This document shows, in pieces, positions 52,261 through 62,134 of a stretch of 64,000 nucleotides of DNA; positions within the stretch are counted from its first letter, which is position 1, and every line of letters starts with the position of its first letter. The stretch spans positions 76,286-140,285 of the forward strand of contig BTUM01000007.1 in NCBI GenBank assembly GCA_045863235.1, given 5' to 3'. The notes beneath the pieces are model-generated. The model made no database searches. It had not been told where the DNA came from and was given only the letters and a program-made list of their open reading frames with translations. The translations under genes were made by a program, and so were the position numbers. Origin of the DNA: Candidatus Xenobia bacterium. Lineage in GTDB: Bacteria > Vulcanimicrobiota > Xenobia > Xenobiales > QWHO01.

Positions 52261-52818
52261 ATGGTCGTCGAGGAACTTCTTCAAGAGCTGGATGGTCGAC
52301 TGCGCGATTGCTGCGACTGCCAGGCAAAAGTCCAAGCAACCTGCCAGCTGCTCGAGCAGAGCTCGCATTGCTGCGAGCTACCCGGCCGGCTCCAGCAGAT
52401 GAGCGCTCAGGGGTACGCGCGGCACCTCGTCTATCGCCATCCAGACGACCGCTACTGCGTCGTTGCGATGGTTTGGGGCCCGGGCCAGGGCACGGCCATT
52501 CACGACCACGATAACACCTGGTGCGTCGAGGGCTGCGTGGCCGGACAACTGGCCATCACCAGCTACGAGGTGGTGGCTCGGCACGAGGATCTGCTCGAGT
52601 TGCGTCCTGAGCGCACCATCGAAGTCGGGGTGGGGTCGGTTGGCTGCCTGATCCCGCCCTTCGAGCACCATCGCATCTTCAATCCATTCGAGCGGGAAGC
52701 CATCACGCTGCACGTCTACGGCAAAGAGCTCAAGCAGTGTACGCGTTTCCTCGAGACCGACCGCCCGAACTTCTACCGCGTGGAGCGCGTTCAGCTCGGC
52801 TACTGCACCATGCCTTGA
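52261..52818 (+). CDS. Cysteine-dioxygenase-type cupin (CDO or 3-mercaptopropionate dioxygenase family).
   Basis: 3-His cupin motifs GQGTAIHDHDNTWCVEGCVAG and PFEHHRIFN. 185 aa. Confidence 0.6.
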   Translation: MVVEELLQELDGRLRDCCDCQAKVQATCQLLEQSSHCCELPGRLQQMSAQGYARHLVYRHPDDRYCVVAMVWGPGQGTAIHDHDNTWCVEGCVAGQLAITSYEVVARHEDLLELRPERTIEVGVGSVGCLIPPFEHHRIFNPFEREAITLHVYGKELKQCTRFLETDRPNFYRVERVQLGYCTMP

Positions 52819-55379
52819 GGCTCCACCGGGCCGGTTGGCGCTACCTGCAGCAGCACCCGGGGCAGCTGCTGCTGGCCTTGCTGGGCATCGCGCTGGGGGT
52901 GGCCTCGGTGCTGGGGATCGAGCTGGCCAATCAGAGCGCCCGTCAGGCCTTCGAGCTATCCGTTCAGGCTGTTTCGGGGCGAGCCACCCACCAGCTCCAC
53001 GGGCCTCCTGCCGGAATTCCTGAGGAGATCTACGTTCGCCTGCGCCAGTCCGGCGTGGTGGCTGCTCCGGTGGTGGAGGGCTACCTGCGGCTGGATCGGG
53101 GCGAGCCCCTCACCGGCAAGGCGATTCCCATCTCCGGGCCCACCTTTCGCCTGCTGGGTCTGGATCTGACCGCGGAGGCGCCTTTTCGAGCTTATACCGG
53201 AGCTGGCTCGCCCGTGCCCCTGGACTCCTTTCTGACTCTGCACGGAGCCGTGTTGATGTCCGGTCCGGTTGCCCGGCGACTGGGTCTTGCTCCGGGTCAG
53301 GAGCTCGCGGTGTACATGGGGACCCAGGGCAAGACCTTGCGGCTGGTCGGCCTGCTCGAGCCCTCCAGCGATCTCAGCCGGCGAGCCCTGGAGGGGGTTC
53401 TGGTGGCCGATCTGGCCACTGCCCAGGAAGTGCTGGGGCAGGTGGGCCGCCTCAGTCGCATCGACCTGATCCTCCCGAAAGGACGTCTCCCCTTCGAGCT
53501 TCCAGCCAACCTGCGCCTGGTGGCTGCCGGCGAGAACGACCGCACGCTGGGTGCCATGAGCGAGGCCTTTCATCTGAACCTGACCGCCCTGAGTCTGCTC
53601 AGCCTGGTGGTGGGGATGTTTCTGATTTACCAGACTTCGGCCTTCACGGTGGTGCAGCGTCGCTTTCTGTGGGGCCGACTGCGCACGCTGGGGGTCACCC
53701 GGGGCGAGATCCTGCGCCTGGTCCTGGCTGAGGCAGCCGTGCTCGGTGGCCTCGGCACCTTGCTGGGAATGGCTCTGGGTCTGGCTCTGAGCCAGGTTCT
53801 GCTGCGACTGGTCACGCGCACCCTCAATGACCTTTACTTCGTGGTCTCGGTCGAGCAGGTGAGCCTCGATCCGGGCGCCCTGGCTCGGGCCGCCGCTCTG
53901 GGGCTCGGCGGGACGCTGCTGGCCGCCCTGGCCCCCGCCTGGGAGGCCACCACCACCCCCGCCGGGTGCGTGCTCTCGCGGGCCGATTCGGAGGAGCGGG
54001 CCAGCCGGCTGACCTGGGCCATGGCCGGGGCCGGTTTGCTGGCCGTGGGGCTGGGAGGAGGGCTGTTGAGCTGGCCCGGTCGGGCCATCCTGCCCGGACT
54101 TGCGGGGATGTTCGGCGTCATGGTGGGTCTGGCCGTGATGGGGCCCTGGCTGGTCGGCCTGGTCAGCCGTCGGATGCCTCTGCCCGGGCTGGGAGTCCTG
54201 TCAAAAGGCTTTCCCTCTGCGCTTCTGGTGGTCCGGCTGGGCGTGCGCTCGGTGCAGCGCTCCTTGAGTCGCACGGCCGTGGCCCTGGCGGCTCTCACAC
54301 TGGCCGTCTCGGCCACGGTCGGGATCGGGGTGATGGTGGACAGTTTTCGCTCCACCCTGGTGCACTGGCTGGCCGTCACGCTGCAGGAGGACGTGTACCT
54401 GGCCCCGCCCACGGTGGTAGCGGGTAAGAACCTCTCCACGCTGGATCAGGATCTGGTCGAGCTGGTGCGCCGCGAGAGCGGGGTCGCTTCGGTGAGCCTC
54501 TACCGGGGAGTGGACGCTCTGGCTCGCACGGTGAGCCATTCCGGCCAGGCCCGTCTGGTGGGTCTGGATGCCTCGCCGGCGGCCCGGCGGGCCTTTCTCT
54601 TCTTCGCCCAGAGCCCCGAGGTCTGGCAACGTTTCGAGGCCGGCAGCCTGCTGGTCAGCGAGCCCTTTGCCTATCGCTGGGGTCTCGAGCCGGGGTCCCA
54701 GCTCGACCTGCTGACCGAAACCGGCTACCGCTCGTTCGAAGTGGCCGGCGTGTTCGCCGACTATGGCTCTCCGGAGGGGGCGGTGCTGATGTCGCGGCCG
54801 GTCTATGTCCGGCACTGGGGAGACCCCCAGATCACTTCCTGTGCCCTGACGGCCACCCCCGGGACGGACGTGGACGAGCTGGTGGAGCGGCTCACGCGCA
54901 GACTGGGAGACCGGGAGGTGCTGGTGCGCTCCAACCGCGCCCTGCGAGAGGCCTCGTTGGCCATCTTCGAGCGCACCTTCGCGGTCACGGGGGTGCTGCG
55001 CACGCTGGCTGTGGTGGTGGCTTTCGTGGGACTGGTCAGCAGCCTGATCGCGCTGGGATTGGAGCGCTCGCGTGAGATCGCCATCTTGCGCTCTCTGGGA
55101 CTGACAACCTCTCAGGTCTGGCAAATTCTGGCCGTGCAGAGCGGCTGGATGGGTCTGTGGGCAGGGTTGTTGGCCCTGCCTCTGGGCCTGGTGCAGGCCC
55201 TGGGCATGATCTACGTGATCAACAAGCGCTCCTTTGGCTGGACCCTCCAGTTCTCGCTCTCACCCTCCATCCTGGCGCAGGCCGTGCTGGTCGCCCTGGC
55301 GGCCTCCCTGGCCGCCTCGGTTGTGCCTGCCTGGCGGCAGGCTCGTATGCCGGTGGCGGCCGCCCTGCGTGAGGAGTGA
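52815..55379 (+). CDS. ABC transporter permease, FtsX/MacB-like with duplicated 4-TM modules.
   Basis: N-terminus LRLHRAGWRYLQQHPGQLLLALLGIALGVASV is a typical MacB/FtsX start. Two FtsX-type permease domains, each preceded by a periplasmic domain. Proposed TTG start overlaps the previous stop (TTGA); alternative in-frame ATG at 52737. Confidence 0.65.
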   Translation: MRLHRAGWRYLQQHPGQLLLALLGIALGVASVLGIELANQSARQAFELSVQAVSGRATHQLHGPPAGIPEEIYVRLRQSGVVAAPVVEGYLRLDRGEPLTGKAIPISGPTFRLLGLDLTAEAPFRAYTGAGSPVPLDSFLTLHGAVLMSGPVARRLGLAPGQELAVYMGTQGKTLRLVGLLEPSSDLSRRALEGVLVADLATAQEVLGQVGRLSRIDLILPKGRLPFELPANLRLVAAGENDRTLGAMSEAFHLNLTALSLLSLVVGMFLIYQTSAFTVVQRRFLWGRLRTLGVTRGEILRLVLAEAAVLGGLGTLLGMALGLALSQVLLRLVTRTLNDLYFVVSVEQVSLDPGALARAAALGLGGTLLAALAPAWEATTTPAGCVLSRADSEERASRLTWAMAGAGLLAVGLGGGLLSWPGRAILPGLAGMFGVMVGLAVMGPWLVGLVSRRMPLPGLGVLSKGFPSALLVVRLGVRSVQRSLSRTAVALAALTLAVSATVGIGVMVDSFRSTLVHWLAVTLQEDVYLAPPTVVAGKNLSTLDQDLVELVRRESGVASVSLYRGVDALARTVSHSGQARLVGLDASPAARRAFLFFAQSPEVWQRFEAGSLLVSEPFAYRWGLEPGSQLDLLTETGYRSFEVAGVFADYGSPEGAVLMSRPVYVRHWGDPQITSCALTATPGTDVDELVERLTRRLGDREVLVRSNRALREASLAIFERTFAVTGVLRTLAVVVAFVGLVSSLIALGLERSREIAILRSLGLTTSQVWQILAVQSGWMGLWAGLLALPLGLVQALGMIYVINKRSFGWTLQFSLSPSILAQAVLVALAASLAASVVPAWRQARMPVAAALREE

Positions 55380-55475
55380 GCCGCTCAAAGCGCCGCGTTC
55401 AACAGATTGTCTAACTCCCGCGCGTTCTCAGCAACAGTAGCAGGAAGAATCTTCAACGCCTGGGAAGTTCTTTGG

Positions 55476-56180
55476 ATGCGCAGGTTGATGGTAGCCCTGT
55501 TTCTCCTGGTGCTGGCGCCCCTGGCTCTGCAGGCCCAGCCCGGTCGGGCCATCAAGCTGCAGGCCACTCGCAACACGCGGGATGTGGGCGGTCTGCCGGT
55601 GAGCTACGGAACGGTGCGCAAGGGGATGCTCTATCGTTCCGGTGCCCTTTGCTTTTTGACCGGTCAGGATGTGAGCCGCATGCGAGAGCTCAAGCTCAAG
55701 ACCATTCTCGACCTGCGTAACTCGAGCGAGATCCGCAAGGATGGACCGGACCGCCCGGCCCTGACCGAGGGGGTGCGGGTGCTGCACCTGCCCATGGCCA
55801 ACAGCCGGGGTTTGCGCCGCGAGGCCTACCACTACTATATTCGCGAGAACCCGCACGTCTGGCGGGGGTTTTACGCCGAGCTGGCGCGTGTCCAGGCATA
55901 TCCGATGTTGTTTCATTGCTCGGCCGGCAAGGATCGGACCGGGATCCTGACGGCCGTCTTGCTCGAACAACTCGGGGCCGAGCGCAGGGTCGTGCTCGAC
56001 GACTATCTTCAGTCCGTGCGCAATAGCCCTGGCCTGGAAGTCCATCCGGAGTGGATCCAGGAGGTTTTCGACTACGTGGATGCGAGCGGAGGCGCCTCGG
56101 CCTTCCTGGTCAAGAACGGGGTCAGTCTGCAGACGCAGCAAGCCGCGCGCGACATCCTGGTGGAGAGGAAAGTCCCGTGA
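55476..56180 (+). CDS. Secreted protein tyrosine/Ser phosphatase (CX5R type).
   Basis: Signal peptide MRRLMVALFLLVLAPLALQA. Active-site P-loop HCSAGKDRTG. Confidence 0.7.
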   Translation: MRRLMVALFLLVLAPLALQAQPGRAIKLQATRNTRDVGGLPVSYGTVRKGMLYRSGALCFLTGQDVSRMRELKLKTILDLRNSSEIRKDGPDRPALTEGVRVLHLPMANSRGLRREAYHYYIRENPHVWRGFYAELARVQAYPMLFHCSAGKDRTGILTAVLLEQLGAERRVVLDDYLQSVRNSPGLEVHPEWIQEVFDYVDASGGASAFLVKNGVSLQTQQAARDILVERKVP

Positions 56181-56566
56181 AACATACGCCCGCCTTCGAG
56201 GAGCTGGTTAACCGCTCGCGCGCTCGCATCCGCGAGACCAACTGCGCCGAGGTGCGTGAGCGTCAGGAACGCAACGAAGCTTTCCACCTCGTGGACGTGC
56301 GCGAGGAGAGCGAGTGGGCTCGAGGCCACCTGCCGGGGGCCATCCACATCGGCAAGGGGGTCATCGAGCGCGACATCGAGTCCCTCATCCCAGAGCTTCA
56401 AAGCGAGATCATCCTCTACTGCGGCGGCGGGTACCGCTCGGCCCTGGCGGCCGACGCCCTGCAGCAGATGGGTTACACCAACGTTGCCTCCATGGACGGC
56501 GGTTGGCGCGGCTGGACCGAAGCCGGATTCCCCACCGTCAGGCCCGGGATCGCACCTCCAACGTAA
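56177..56566 (+). CDS. Single-domain rhodanese-like sulfurtransferase.
   Basis: GTG start overlaps the PTP stop (GTGA), with GGAGAGG upstream. Active-site loop CGGGYRS. Confidence 0.7.
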   Translation: MKHTPAFEELVNRSRARIRETNCAEVRERQERNEAFHLVDVREESEWARGHLPGAIHIGKGVIERDIESLIPELQSEIILYCGGGYRSALAADALQQMGYTNVASMDGGWRGWTEAGFPTVRPGIAPPT

Positions 56567-58844
56567 AGCTGGCCCCGCCAAGTTGGGGCGAGCGCTCCAC
56601 GTGCACGAATCCACCGTGGCGCTGGGCGACTCGATTGGTGATGGCCAGGCCCAGCCCCGTGCCCTTGCCGGGCGGCTTGGTGGTGAAAAAGGGGTCGAAG
56701 ATCCGCGAGATCAGGGTCGGCTCGACTCCCGGGCCGCTGTCGGAAACGTTGACGAACACCCGCTCGCCCTCATAGAACGTGCTGATGGCGATGCGCGGCT
56801 CAGGCGAGCTTTCGGCCGCATCCCGGGCGTTGAGCACCAGGTTGCTGATCGCCTGGCGCAACTCCTGGGAGTTCCCGGGCACGCCTGGCAGATTGGTATC
56901 CACGTTCAACTCCAGCTGCACTCCGGAGCGTTCGATCAGGGGGCCGAGCATCTCCAGCACGTCGTGCACCAGCTTGTTCAGCCGGCAGGGCTCGCGGTCG
57001 TTGGCCGTCTGCTCGCGGGTATAGACCAGCAAGCTCTCAACGATCTGGCGCGACCGCTCCAGGGCCCGGCTGGCTTTCTCCAGGCTCCCATGGGCGGTGG
57101 TCGGAGCGGTGTCCATGGTGTCGGCGGCCAGGTCGATGGCCAGTTGCACCGCTCCCAGCGGATTGTTCAACTCGTGGGCGATGCCGGCAGCCAGGCCACC
57201 GATGGCGGCCAGCTTCGAGCTCTGGGTCACCTCGCGCTGAAGGCTCAGAGTCGTGAGGGCGGCTGCGGCCTGGTAGGCCAGCAGCGAGAACTGGTCTTGC
57301 TGGCGTCGGGTGAAGCATTCCTTCCTGGAGGCTGCCACCAGCACTCCGAGGGGCTCTCTTTCGAAGGCCAGGGGCACGATCAGCCAGCTCCTCATCGAGC
57401 GCAGGGGGGGCGGAAGTCGGCTGGTTGCCGGCTCGGTGACCAGCAGCGGCTTGCCCGAGTGGGCCACCGAGCGGCAGGCGGCCGGGTCACCCAGCTCGCC
57501 CCGATAAGCCACCGGACGGTCATTTAGTACGGCCAGCCAGGCGTCGGTTTTCAGGAGGCGCTCGGCGGTCTGCATGGCCTGGCGCAGGATCTGCTCCTCG
57601 TCCAGGGCGGTGGCCAGCAGGCGGCTGGCGCTGAGCAGCTCTTCCAACACCTGCACCGATTCTTGCAGCCGGCGGTGCTCGCGTGAGAGGCGGCTGAGCT
57701 GGGCCTGGAAGGATTGACTCCGAAGGGCGGTCGCCAGGGCAACCGTGGTGTGCTCGGCCAGGATGGCCAGGCGCTGTTTGTCGTCTTGATCGAAGGTGTC
57801 ATAAGGGTCGTCGCGCCCGGCATAGAGCACGCCGAATCCTGGGATTGGATAAGAGAGCTGCAAGCGCTCCTCCGGGGGAGCGACCTGCATGAAGACCGGC
57901 TTCTGGCGATGCCAGCAGGCCGAGACCGAGGTTTCGACCACACCGGAAAGGGCGGCGCCAGCCAGCCGCTCGGAATCGGGGCTGAGGTAAGCCGCGGCCA
58001 GCAGGTGTCCACTCTGGTGAAGCCAGATCACCACACTGCGGCAGCGAACCAGCTCCATGGCCACCCGCAGCACGGTGTTCAGGGCAGTGTCCACATCTTT
58101 AGCCGACGCGATGGCCCGGGCCATCTGGGTGAAGAGGCTCTGCTCCTGCCGACGGGCGATCAGGCCCGAGCGGGTGCGTCGCAACTCCCGGCTCTGCACG
58201 GCCAGCTCCTCCTGGCGGCGGGAAAGCTCGTTGGCCAGGGTCATCTCTTCTTCCGGGCTGGCCTGGCGGGCCAGATAGAGAACGCCGAGGTAAAGCCCCA
58301 GCATGGTCGGGATCAAGAGCAGGATCAGCCAGTCCGGGTGGAGCTGGGTGGCCGCCACCCCCAGCCCCACGGCTCCGAGTCGGACGGGCATGTACTCGCC
58401 CCAGTCGCTGGGGGTGCGCTCACCTGGATCGTAGTAGCTGGATACCCAGACGGCGGTGAAACAATAGACGGCCAGGCCAACGTGGGGATGCACCAGCCCC
58501 ATCACGGCCAGAGGGGGCAGAACGCCCAGAAGGTCGATCAGCATCTCCTGGGCGCGCACCGGCAGACTGGCGCCCCCTCGAGCCAGGGTGCGCATCAGGA
58601 TGGCCAGGCCGGCGAGCAGAATGGCCGGGCCCCACCCGGTCTTGATGGCTGCTGCCGCATAGACTGCGCTGGCCAGACTCACAAATCCACCCTGCGGCAG
58701 TCGAGTTGCCGTCAGTTCCACGGTCACGGCCAGGCCCAGCAGGAGCAGCCAGGTACCGACATCGGGCAACCGGGTCTGCGTCCCGCCCAGGATCCACAGA
58801 GCCAAACCGACCGCGAGTCCAACCGTCAGGCGCGGGCTCATCAA
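56538..58844 (-). CDS. Sensor histidine kinase: polytopic N-terminal membrane domain, GAF-like domains, HisKA and HATPase_c.
   Basis: H-box IAHELNNPL. N-box LNARDA. G-boxes DSGPGV and GTGLGL. About 10 TM helices at the N-terminus. Confidence 0.85.
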   Translation of the reverse strand: MMSPRLTVGLAVGLALWILGGTQTRLPDVGTWLLLLGLAVTVELTATRLPQGGFVSLASAVYAAAAIKTGWGPAILLAGLAILMRTLARGGASLPVRAQEMLIDLLGVLPPLAVMGLVHPHVGLAVYCFTAVWVSSYYDPGERTPSDWGEYMPVRLGAVGLGVAATQLHPDWLILLLIPTMLGLYLGVLYLARQASPEEEMTLANELSRRQEELAVQSRELRRTRSGLIARRQEQSLFTQMARAIASAKDVDTALNTVLRVAMELVRCRSVVIWLHQSGHLLAAAYLSPDSERLAGAALSGVVETSVSACWHRQKPVFMQVAPPEERLQLSYPIPGFGVLYAGRDDPYDTFDQDDKQRLAILAEHTTVALATALRSQSFQAQLSRLSREHRRLQESVQVLEELLSASRLLATALDEEQILRQAMQTAERLLKTDAWLAVLNDRPVAYRGELGDPAACRSVAHSGKPLLVTEPATSRLPPPLRSMRSWLIVPLAFEREPLGVLVAASRKECFTRRQQDQFSLLAYQAAAALTTLSLQREVTQSSKLAAIGGLAAGIAHELNNPLGAVQLAIDLAADTMDTAPTTAHGSLEKASRALERSRQIVESLLVYTREQTANDREPCRLNKLVHDVLEMLGPLIERSGVQLELNVDTNLPGVPGNSQELRQAISNLVLNARDAAESSPEPRIAISTFYEGERVFVNVSDSGPGVEPTLISRIFDPFFTTKPPGKGTGLGLAITNRVAQRHGGFVHVERSPQLGGASFTLEVRSRA

Positions 58845-59062
58845 TGGTCAGTCTCGATTCGAACCGGTGTTGATGGCATATTCCCCCATGTTCGCTTGCA
58901 GACTCGTTTCGTTCGCTCTTTTCACGAACCCTGCGCCCCGACTTCGGCCGCTCCCGGTTCGCAGTATGGAACTTCCCCAGGAAGGACTCCGACCTCTCAG
59001 AGCAAAGCCGCATGCCGAGAGAGTTGCCGGGGGAGCACAGCAAGATTCACAGGAGCCCGTTC

Positions 59063-60154
59063 ATGTCCAGCCCAGCCATTGTGAGTTCTCCGGTCCAGGC
59101 CCACAACGAATGGGATCCGCTGGAGGAGGTGATCGTGGGCCGCCTCGATGGAGCCGTGATCCCCTCCAGCCACATCGGGGTCGGGATCAGCGTGCCTCGT
59201 TCGGTGGCCTGGATCTTCAATATCGTCTCGGGGATGCGTTACCCCCGGTTCATGATCCAGCCAGCCGAGCGCGAGCTCGAGCGCTTCATCCGGGTACTCG
59301 AGGGGGAAGGCGTCACGGTGCGGCGACCCGACCCGCTCGATGGTCGGGTCAAGTTCCAGACACCCCACTGGTCCAGCCGGGGCTTTTGCACGGCCTGTCC
59401 CCGGGACGGCTTCCTGGTGGTGGGGGAGGAGATCATCGAGACCCCCATGGCCTGGCGCTGTCGCCAGTTGGAGATGCTGGCCTATCGCAAGCTCTTCAAG
59501 GAATACTGGCGCCAGGGCGCTCGCTGGACGGCCGCCCCGCGGCCGGAGCTGTCCGACCAGCTGTTTGACTACCGTTTCAAGCTCCCCAAGCCGGGCGAGC
59601 CGATGCGTTACGTCATCAATGAATTCGAGCCGGTTTTCGACGCGGCCGACTTCGTGCGCTGCGGCAAGGACCTCTTCGTGACCCGCTCCAATGTCACCAA
59701 CGAGTCCGGCATCCAGTGGCTGGAGCGCCATCTGGGCGATAGCTACCGCATTCACCGCGTGGAGAGCAAGTGCCGTCAACCCATGCACATCGACTCCACC
59801 TTCATGCCGCTGGCTCCAGGAAAGGTGCTGATCAATCCCGACTTCATCGACACCGAGCGTCTGCCGGCGGTGATTCGCAAGAGCTGGGACGTGCTGGTGG
59901 CCCCCCGGCCGGACAAGGCTCCCGGTCCCCTGATGTCGCTCTGCAGCGCCTGGCTCAGCATGAACGTCCTGATGCTCGACGAGAAGCGGGTGGTCTGCGA
60001 GACTTCCCAGAAGTCGATGATTCGGGCCCTGAAGGGCTGGGGCTTCGAGCCCATCGACCTGCCTTTCACCAACTTTGCCCCCTTTGGGGGAGCGTTCCAC
60101 TGCGCCACTCTGGACGTTCGGAGGCGGGGAACGCTTCAATCCTACTTCGACTGA
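59063..60154 (+). CDS. Amidinotransferase (glycine/inosamine amidinotransferase family).
   Basis: AGGAG 8 nt upstream. Family motifs DPLEEVIVG, FTRD-like region (VTRSN), and the C-terminal catalytic Cys context GGAFHCATLD. Confidence 0.75.
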   Translation: MSSPAIVSSPVQAHNEWDPLEEVIVGRLDGAVIPSSHIGVGISVPRSVAWIFNIVSGMRYPRFMIQPAERELERFIRVLEGEGVTVRRPDPLDGRVKFQTPHWSSRGFCTACPRDGFLVVGEEIIETPMAWRCRQLEMLAYRKLFKEYWRQGARWTAAPRPELSDQLFDYRFKLPKPGEPMRYVINEFEPVFDAADFVRCGKDLFVTRSNVTNESGIQWLERHLGDSYRIHRVESKCRQPMHIDSTFMPLAPGKVLINPDFIDTERLPAVIRKSWDVLVAPRPDKAPGPLMSLCSAWLSMNVLMLDEKRVVCETSQKSMIRALKGWGFEPIDLPFTNFAPFGGAFHCATLDVRRRGTLQSYFD

Positions 60155-60160
60155 CCGGCC

Positions 60161-60538
60161 GTGCTGCGCACCGTCCTCATCGTCAGCCTGGCGGTCCTGC
60201 TCTCGTCCATCGGGGATGTCTTGATGTCGCGAGCCATGCGTCGTCTGGGACCTTTCGAGTGGACCGGCCTGAGCTCGCTTGGGAGGTTCCTCCTGACGGC
60301 CCTGCATTCCGCCTGGTTCTGGGTAGCCGTGGCGTTCATGGCCGGCCACTTCTTCTTGTGGCTTTCGGTGCTGTCCTGGGCCGAGCTGTCGGTTGCCGTG
60401 CCTCTGACTGCCCTGCAGTATGTCTACAACGCCGTTCTCGCTCAAGCTGTGCTGGGTGAGCGGGTCAATTCCATGCGCTGGTGGGGCACCGCCGTCATCA
60501 TGACCGGGGTGTTGATGCTCACTCTGGGAGACCCCTGA
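60161..60538 (+). CDS. EamA-like 4-TM half transporter (DMT superfamily), partner 1.
   Basis: 125 aa with four TM helices. GTG start 6 nt after the amidinotransferase stop. Confidence 0.55.
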   Translation: MLRTVLIVSLAVLLSSIGDVLMSRAMRRLGPFEWTGLSSLGRFLLTALHSAWFWVAVAFMAGHFFLWLSVLSWAELSVAVPLTALQYVYNAVLAQAVLGERVNSMRWWGTAVIMTGVLMLTLGDP

Positions 60539-60975
60539 TGCGGCCCGGTCTGCTGGCCCGGACGGTTGTCGTCACGCTGGTAGCCGTGCTGGCCGCCACC
60601 CTGGGAGACATCTTTCTTTCGATGGCCATGAAATCGGTGGGGGAAGTGCAGGTGGACAGCCTCTCCTCGCTCTTCAAGACCGGGCTTCGCGTCTTTGGCT
60701 CCGCCCGGGTCTGGCTGGCCATCGCGCTGCTCTTCACCCACTTCCTGCTCTGGTTGGCGGTGCTCTCCTGGGCCGACCTGTCTCTGGCCTTCCCTCTCAA
60801 GGCCAGCAACTACGTCTTCAATGCCGTGCTGGCAGGGGCTTTGCTGCAAGAGGAGGTGACCTTGTGGCGCTGGTTGGGCACTCTGGTGGTGGCTTTCGGG
60901 GTGCTGCTGGTCAGCTTGAGTGCTCAGCAGCCAGCTTCTGAGCCAGCTCGATCGTCTCTGGCGTCAGCTGACTGA
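60538..60975 (+). CDS. EamA-like 4-TM half transporter, partner 2.
   Basis: ATG overlaps the TGA of partner 1 (TGATG). Paralogous to partner 1 (LWLSVLSWAELS vs LWLAVLSWADLS). Confidence 0.55.
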   Translation: MRPGLLARTVVVTLVAVLAATLGDIFLSMAMKSVGEVQVDSLSSLFKTGLRVFGSARVWLAIALLFTHFLLWLAVLSWADLSLAFPLKASNYVFNAVLAGALLQEEVTLWRWLGTLVVAFGVLLVSLSAQQPASEPARSSLASAD

Positions 60976-62038
60976 CGGCCAGACGGTCGCCGGGATAGCC
61001 CACCAGCTCGGTGTAGGCACGTCCCTGGACCGGCTGTCCGGCGATGGTGCCGGTCACGTGCATGCTGCCCTCCCAGTAGGTGGGCTTGGGCCCGAGCTCG
61101 GGATAGCTGAAGGGCGGATGGCCCACCATTTCCTGAGCATCCAGGCTGGGTTTGAGGTCGAGCTCGATCTGTTGCTGGGGCAGTGACAGGTGCCACTCGA
61201 TCGGGTATTCGGCCCCCGTCTCCTCGCTCTTCCAGGTGCGCCCTGGAGTGAGTCTGAGGTCTTCGGTCACGGACTGGCTGCCGTCCGGGTTCAGGATGCC
61301 CACCGAAGCCTGCACCGTGCCCCCATCGCCGGCCCGGAAGTGGAAGGCGTTGATCTCAGTGCGGTTGTCGAGCTGGATGCCGAACCAGTCCCAGCCTTTG
61401 TAGCCGTCGAAGATGGCCATGTCGCCCCACTGGTGGTCGAGCCAGGCGTTCCCCTTGACGGTCTTCTCCTCGCCGTCGAGCAGCAGCGTTCCCTGGACCT
61501 CCATGCGCGGGATCGAATAGTACTTGGAGAGCCCCTTGGGTCCCATTTTGATCTCGCCCTCGCCCCCCATCAGCAGGACGGGCTTGGTCTGCTTCATGTC
61601 CAGGTCGAGGTGGCCCCGGCCAGCGATGCCGCTGACCTTGATGGTCTGGCTGTCCCAGCGCCTCATGCGGAAGTTGCCCTCCGGGCCGCGATAGCTCACG
61701 TCCAGCTCGTTCTGCTTGAGCCCGGGGTGTTTGAGAAAGGGGGGCAGGATGGTCATCTGGCGCGAGCGGGTATGCTGGCCATCGGTCTCCTCGGTGAGGG
61801 CCGCGTCCAGGGCCATAGCTCCGGGCATGGCCGGAAGGTCCACGTTGTAGCGCCCGTTGATCACGTCCGGGGCATCGAACAGGGCGTGGTGGAAGCCGTA
61901 GCTTTTGCCCTCCTCGTCCTCGAGGTAGCCGTGCAGGTACCACCACTCGGTTTTGGCCTCGGGATGAGCGCCTTCGTCGGTGGGGAACTCGACCTTGGGT
62001 CGGGAGACGGGCTGGGGTCTGGCGGCGGTGATCAGCAT
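60911..62038 (-). CDS. CrtC/AttH-like lipocalin-domain protein (carotenoid 1,2-hydratase / AttH family).
   Basis: N-terminal FPTDEGAHPEAKTEWWYLHGYL matches the CrtC/AttH signature (FP.DHG.HP....EWWY.TG.L). 375 aa. Confidence 0.6.
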   Translation of the reverse strand: MLITAARPQPVSRPKVEFPTDEGAHPEAKTEWWYLHGYLEDEEGKSYGFHHALFDAPDVINGRYNVDLPAMPGAMALDAALTEETDGQHTRSRQMTILPPFLKHPGLKQNELDVSYRGPEGNFRMRRWDSQTIKVSGIAGRGHLDLDMKQTKPVLLMGGEGEIKMGPKGLSKYYSIPRMEVQGTLLLDGEEKTVKGNAWLDHQWGDMAIFDGYKGWDWFGIQLDNRTEINAFHFRAGDGGTVQASVGILNPDGSQSVTEDLRLTPGRTWKSEETGAEYPIEWHLSLPQQQIELDLKPSLDAQEMVGHPPFSYPELGPKPTYWEGSMHVTGTIAGQPVQGRAYTELVGYPGDRLAVSQLTPETIELAQKLAAEHSS

Positions 62039-62134
62039 GGGGGTAGTTTAAGGGCTCGAGAGGGGGAAGGCTTTGCCGATTCGTAAACTGACCAGGGAGT
62101 CGGACACGTGGCCTGTGACCCGATCACCGAAGGC

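Noticed and set aside
53834-55124. Minus-strand ORFs (53834-54439, 54201-55124) inside the FtsX-like permease gene
   Set aside because: Antisense to a gene with clear duplicated FtsX 4-TM topology.
56256-57527. 423-aa plus-strand ORF antisense to the sensor histidine kinase
   Set aside because: The histidine kinase H, N and G boxes are on the minus strand.
58845-59062. Guanidine riboswitch upstream of the amidinotransferase/EamA operon
   Set aside because: The context is suggestive, but I could not identify the conserved ykkC, mini-ykkC (paired ACGR loops) or guanidine-III elements by eye. It needs a covariance-model search.
58997-60445. 482-aa minus-strand ORF antisense to the amidinotransferase and EamA-1
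   Set aside because: The amidinotransferase family motifs and the TM proteins are on the plus strand.
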